A stretch of DNA of 64,000 nucleotides from Amoebidium appalachense (Eukaryota; Protista; Ichthyosporea), in the NCBI GenBank assembly GCA_963693365.1, contig CAVNZM010000011.1:5092639-5156638 (forward strand), written 5' to 3'. A program made the translations under genes and the position numbers. The stretch's first letter is position 1; every line of letters begins with the position of its first letter. This document shows, piece after piece, positions 59,375 to 64,000 of this stretch. Below the pieces are notes generated by a model, which saw nothing but the letters and a program-made list of their open reading frames with translations, was not told the origin of the DNA and did no database searches.

Positions 59375-60932
59375 ATGGAGACAACCCAGAACATGGACAT
59401 CAACAACAACATGCAGAGCGACAACATCGACAGCATGGACACGGACGACAGTATGGAGGAGAACGCATCCCTTGAGGACACCATCCGCACCCTTCTGCTT
59501 GACCCCGAGCGCTCCCGCATCCGCTACTGGGCGCTCCTCTCCGACCACACCGACCTGCACGAGCGTGCCGCCACAGCGCTCGGCGACACCAAGCGATTTG
59601 GGGTTGTCGCCCAGGACACCCGCACCCTGCCGTCCGGCAAGATCCTGTCCCTCGTCCGCCTGCGTGAACAAGTGCACGCCACCTCCGTGCGTGGTGCACT
59701 GGGCGACACCTCCATCAGCATCTGGAAGGTGGCGGACACCAAGGCTCTTGCAGAGGCCTTGCGCCAGCTGCCCACAGCAGTCCCTGGCATGGACCTCGAC
59801 GGCGACGGGCTGGCTGTGACTCTGTTCAAGTTCGGGGAGGGCGGGGGAGACTGGGGCGGCAAGACCATCCGCTGCACCAACACCGTGCCCCGGAAGGCGG
59901 ATGTGTTTGATGTTCTAGCGGCGATTGGTTATGGCAACCCCAAGGACAAATTCAAGGAGGTGATGGACGCAGATCAGTCCTTGATTAACTCGGTCGGATA
60001 CTCCGACTCAGTTGATCATCAGAACCCCCGCCCGGTCGCCGATGCTAAGCAGCTGGTGCGCATCATCCTGGCCCTGACCGGTCCCAAGGTTGCTGCTTTC
60101 AAGGCTGCGGCCGCTGAGCTCATCGTGCGCTACCTGGGTGGTGACGAGACTTTGGTTGACGAGGTGCGCGCCAACCGTCGTCTTCAGGAGTCCCTCCCCG
60201 AGGGCAGCGGCGCTCGCCTGTTCGGGGAGTACGTGGAGAACGGGGGGTGCCGGGGGATCCGAGGAGCACGGGGCTGCCTACTGGCAGACGCTGCTCCAGA
60301 ACATGCAGCGCACAATCGAGGACCGGAACATTACCATCGAGGAGCGCAACAAGACCATCCGGGACCGCGACACGCTGATTGAGCAGCAGCAGCTTGTCAT
60401 CGAGTACAGCAAGTCCCACGTGGCCCGCCTCACCAGCGCCCTCAACAGCACCGCCCAGGCCTTCACCCCCCGCATCCTACCCGAGGACCCGGACAGCTCC
60501 GCCCTCGGTGGCACAGGCAACCCCTTCCTGCGTGACCGCCTGTACAACCTTCCCCGCAGCGTCACCGCCGCCATGTTTGGAGGGTCTACCAAGGGCTCTG
60601 TTGGACTCGTGCGCCGCTATGTACTCGAGGTGCTGAACGTGGACATCTACACCGACAAGCCCGACACGGCAGTGGTGGGGGTCATCGGAGCTGACATGGC
60701 TATCCAGCGCGCCATCAAGCTGCGCTCAGCACTCGGCTGGGGACGTGCGGTCATGTCCACCGAGATCACTGCCCGCCAGGCCTACACCATCATCTTGGCC
60801 ACGGCGGTTTGGCTGGAGCGGGAGGTACCCCACAGCCCGGAGGTTGCCGAGTTCAAGTACACGGCGCAGGTGTTCAGGAACGCATACGAGGGGCTGGTCC
60901 CCGCCAGCGTGCAGCCCAGACTGGGCTGTTGA
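59375..60932 (+). CDS. Bro-N-like protein with N-terminal alpha/beta domain and coiled coil; frameshift near G6 60242-60247
   Basis: KADVFDVL..RPVAD..LTGPKVAAFK..RYLGGDETLVDEVRAN; continues in ORF 60090-60932; TATA 52 nt upstream. Confidence 0.8.
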
Positions 60933-61697
60933 TTTCTCAGGCATGCTTTTTCATACCCTGAGCTAGGCTAATTGTCATCCGTGTAGCATTGAGTCTCCAT
61001 GAAACAAAGCGCTTTATTCTTACATCTTCCCCGACCTCCCACGCCTGCAGAACAGGTACCACAGCCCCGGGCGGGGCGCAGACATTTTGGCTTGGCCCGG
61101 GGGGCTGGTAGGGGTCATCAAATATCTACGCAGTTGAGCATGGCGGCCTCGGTTCACATCCCCGATCCACCAAGCTATGCAAGCGTGAAGCAGGACGACG
61201 AGCCAACGGGTACAAGGGAAAGCCACAGACGCAGAGAAAAGAGAGAAGACACTGGAAGGTGGCAAAACGGGGAAGAAGGAAAGGCATGGGTGAACGTGTC
61301 CAAGCCGCAAACAGGTGCAAAGAGCGTGGTTTGATGTACAAAAAGTTTTCTGTCAAATATAGATACAGAAAAAAAACCAGGCAGAGAGGCAGTAAGACAA
61401 TAGCCCCAGATGCAAGAAACTGAAGAAAAGGGAGGAGAGGGGCGAGAAAGGAAAGCGAGAGAGAAGGGGAGAGAAAGGAACTGTCAGAAGTTTGTTGCCC
61501 ACAAGAAGGGGTTCGGATTGCTCTGGTGGATCTGGAAGATAGGGGTCAAAATTGTCAAAGCAGACGAGTCCAAACAGACGAACCGAAAGATCCGTCACAT
61601 ATGTCTGTAAGCAAGGAGAAAAAGAGGAGAGGAGGGACAAAATAAAACGAGAGAAGCACAGAAGAAAGAGCAGAAACTCTTTTAAAGGATCGTCTTA

Positions 61698-62928
61698 ATG
61701 GGCGGCCTCCGGAGCTTGACGACTACAGGCATGTGGAGTGGATTGCTTTGCGGGAAAAGAATAGTGGTCCGCACAAAACTAGTTCGTGTGATCCCAACAA
61801 AGGAACAAAAGCGATGGTTGGTCGAAGCTCGGAGTGGCAAGGAAAATATTCAACCAATTGTGGGTCTTCACGACGACAGGAGCAGACAAAACTAATACGC
61901 AAACAGTTTGTCAACAACAAAAGCATTCCGAACCATGAAGAATACAAAAGCGTGTTCCAAATCTTCTTCGCAACGGGGCAGTGGATGATTTTTTTGGGGC
62001 GGTGGCCTCTCAGAAGGCGAAGGCGCGCTATGCTAAGAAGAGGGGTGTAAAAGCAAGCAGCGTTTTTGTCCGTTACAGATCCAAAAAAGATGGGCATCAA
62101 TCGATTCTGATACCCCGCGCACTCACCAAATTCGAAGGTACACATGCTGTATTTGCCCCCACAATGTGCCCCGAACGAGGGCATTGAAACTTCGGAGCAG
62201 GTACAACTGAAGAAGATGGAGAAGATGTCGTTGACGATGACAAAGGACGGACACTTCTACCTATCAATTACATATCGGGTACCTGGGGGTGATAGCCAAG
62301 CCCCTATAACCGAACAATATGAGAGGCGGTATTGCACTCGATCTGGTATTAGAACCTTCCAGACTGTCTACGACCCCTGCAAGAAGGAGGTCACCCACCT
62401 CTTTCCCGGTGACATCAAACGCATCAGTCGACTTCTCAACCGTGAAGACCAGCTGAAAGTCGTTTGACTAACACATCTGTTAAACACAAAAGCCGCCACG
62501 AATGAAAAAGGCGTGGCCCGAAGCGCGAGGCAGAACCTATTGGGGATGCCCACTGGAAGGCCGCTGGATGGCTCACCTCCAACTGACGTGGGATCTTGGT
62601 TTGATTCAGGGAACAGTCACGGAGGGGGAAGAGGAAGCTCCGCAGCAAGAGCGTTCGATGTATGATGGGTTGGCAGCATGCCAAGTTTCGACAACGGCTG
62701 GTGTGTAAGGCAGAACAGCGGGGAACTGCAGTGGTGTTTGTCAACGAGCCCTACACCAGCAAAACGTGTGGGAGGTGCGGACAAATCAATCAGAGTCTTG
62801 GAGGTTCTAAGGTGTTCAAGTGTAAACATTGTGGGTTGGTCATAGACAGGGATGTCAATGGGGCTCGCAATATTTTTATTCGCTCTTGTACGCGGCCCGT
62901 GGGCAGCCACGGGCCTCTGCCGGTATAG
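61698..62928 (+). pseudogene. Decayed Fanzor2/TnpB-family RNA-guided nuclease (N-terminus may extend to about 61140)
   Basis: RTKLVRVIPTKEQKRWL (OrfB HTH-like), RYRSKKD, IALD/GIRTFQTVYDP (RuvC-I, split by a frameshift), WQHAKFRQRL..VNEPYTSKTCGRCG..FKCKHCGLVIDRDVNGARNI (zinc finger plus RuvC-III); several frameshifts and stops. Confidence 0.9.
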
Positions 62929-63046
62929 GCCAGGGTTCTTGTAACCTTGCATGACCATGCCACTAGCCTAGCTCCTTCATGACCCGTGGTCGTGTTGGCA
63001 AGATTAGGAAAGGATGGTAGGTTCAACTGTATCTGGAAGCCGGTCT
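62894..63046 (+). ncRNA. Candidate omegaRNA scaffold and guide at the Fanzor 3' end
   Basis: Hairpins GGCCCGTGG-GCAG-CCACGGGCC, AGGGTT-CTTGT-AACCTT and CATGACC-CGT-GGTCGTG, ending in TTCAA (63022-63026); this is where TnpB/Fanzor omegaRNAs are expected. Confidence 0.45.
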
Positions 63047-63079
63047 ATAAGAAACAAATAAAGAGATGAATTGCTTTTT

Positions 63080-63689
63080 TTATTTTGTACACTGTCTGTT
63101 TGCTTGCATATGCCCTCTGCGTGACCCCCCCTTCTGATTCCGACAGAACGTGTACCACAGACCGTGCAGCAGCGCGTCCGCCATGTCGTCCTTCTTGCCC
63201 TCCCGCGCAAACTTGTCCCGCCACCCCTGCTCGCTCTGCAGCTTCAGCGCCTGCTGCGTGTCGACCACCGCACGCCGCTTGTACACCGCATACGCCGCCT
63301 TGCCCGTCTCCGCGGGGGCCATTCCGTGGCGGGCGAGCCACGCCCCGCACTGGTTCTTGCGCGTGCCGTGCTGCAGCACCACGCCGGGCCCGTGGCCATT
63401 GGTCAATCTGAGGGTGAGGAAGTACGCCTGCAGCGCGTGCGCCAGCACGCTCAGCTTGGTGACCATCTGGCGCTCGATGACGACCATGTCGACGTCCGCG
63501 AACAGCGCGCGGTCCTCGTGCAGCCGGCGCAGCAGCAGCTCCACCAGCACCGTGGCCGTGGTGTCCGGGTTGCCCACGAGCCAGCGGTCCCACGTGTGGA
63601 TGATGAAGGGGGTGGCGCGGGTCGTCGGTGGTGCTGAGCACGCACACCACCAGGTTCAGGAAGCCGACGTCGATGGCGGCCACACGCAT
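63080..63689 (-). CDS. Poxvirus A22/RuvC-like Holliday-junction resolvase; frameshift at G5 63608-63612
   Basis: MRVAAIDVGFLNL...VVIERQ...KKDDMADALL; all RuvC acidic residues present. Confidence 0.88.
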
Positions 63690-64000
63690 TGTGGGGGTGG
63701 GGGTTGGGGGATTCCCTTTTATGCTTCCCTGCCCAACTCGTTTACAAGAATATTGTTGGCACAGGCATGGGAACCGGGACTTCACACGCCACATGGGGAT
63801 GGGACGCGGATTACGACCACGAGGTGTTTATCGACGGCGGCTCGGATTTGGCCGAAATGATACCACGGCTGGGCCAGCCGAACACATTCTACTTGCAGCT
63901 GACACTGCCGTGCGAGGATGTGTTGTCCGGGCAGGAGTCGTTTCTGTTCTTGATCGAAAGCGCACAGGCGCGGGAGCCCTGGATGATCCATGGGAGGGGG

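Larger units (their letters stand above)
29876..64000. mobile_element. Endogenous large-DNA-virus-like element (Nucleocytoviricota-like); right end outside the window
   Basis: Shift to compact, mostly intronless ORFs: SF3/D5-like helicase, A22-like resolvase, Bro-N-like family, T5orf172, PD-(D/E)xK nucleases, Fanzor2, shared TATA motif. The left boundary is inferred from the palindrome. Confidence 0.8.

Noticed and set aside
61000-61700. IS607 serine recombinase or Y1 transposase upstream of Fanzor
   Set aside because: No YARVS or HUH/Y1 motifs seen; only basic low-complexity fragments.
63782-63991. 69-aa ORF at the window edge
   Set aside because: No motif recognised and context truncated; cannot be supported.

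Overview
Eukaryotic genomic DNA in two compartments. (1) About 1-29.8 kb is host-type sequence with introns full of (CA)n and poly-C/G tracts. It carries two divergently transcribed spliced genes that I rebuilt exon by exon: an RNF216/TRIAD3-like RBR E3 ligase (minus strand) and PIG-U (plus strand). (2) From a perfect 161-bp-arm GC-rich palindrome at 29876-30219 to the window end lies a gene-dense, mostly intronless region that looks like an endogenized large DNA virus (Nucleocytoviricota-like). It encodes an SF3/D5-like helicase whose N-terminus looks like an HUH (Rep) fold instead of a primase, three Bro-N-like paralogs (one with a T5orf172/GIY-YIG domain), two PD-(D/E)xK nucleases, a C2H2 zinc-finger protein, a cysteine-protease-like protein, an A22/RuvC-like Holliday-junction resolvase, a decayed Fanzor2/TnpB with a structured 3' flank, and an intron-containing KDM4-like JmjN/JmjC demethylase, interspersed with many minisatellite arrays. 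No capsid, DNA polymerase or packaging ATPase gene is visible here, so viral classification is open. Host identity is inference only (an Amoebidium-like ichthyosporean would fit). Several frameshifts fall in homopolymers and may be sequencing errors. All protein family calls are by-eye motif recognition, not database searches.
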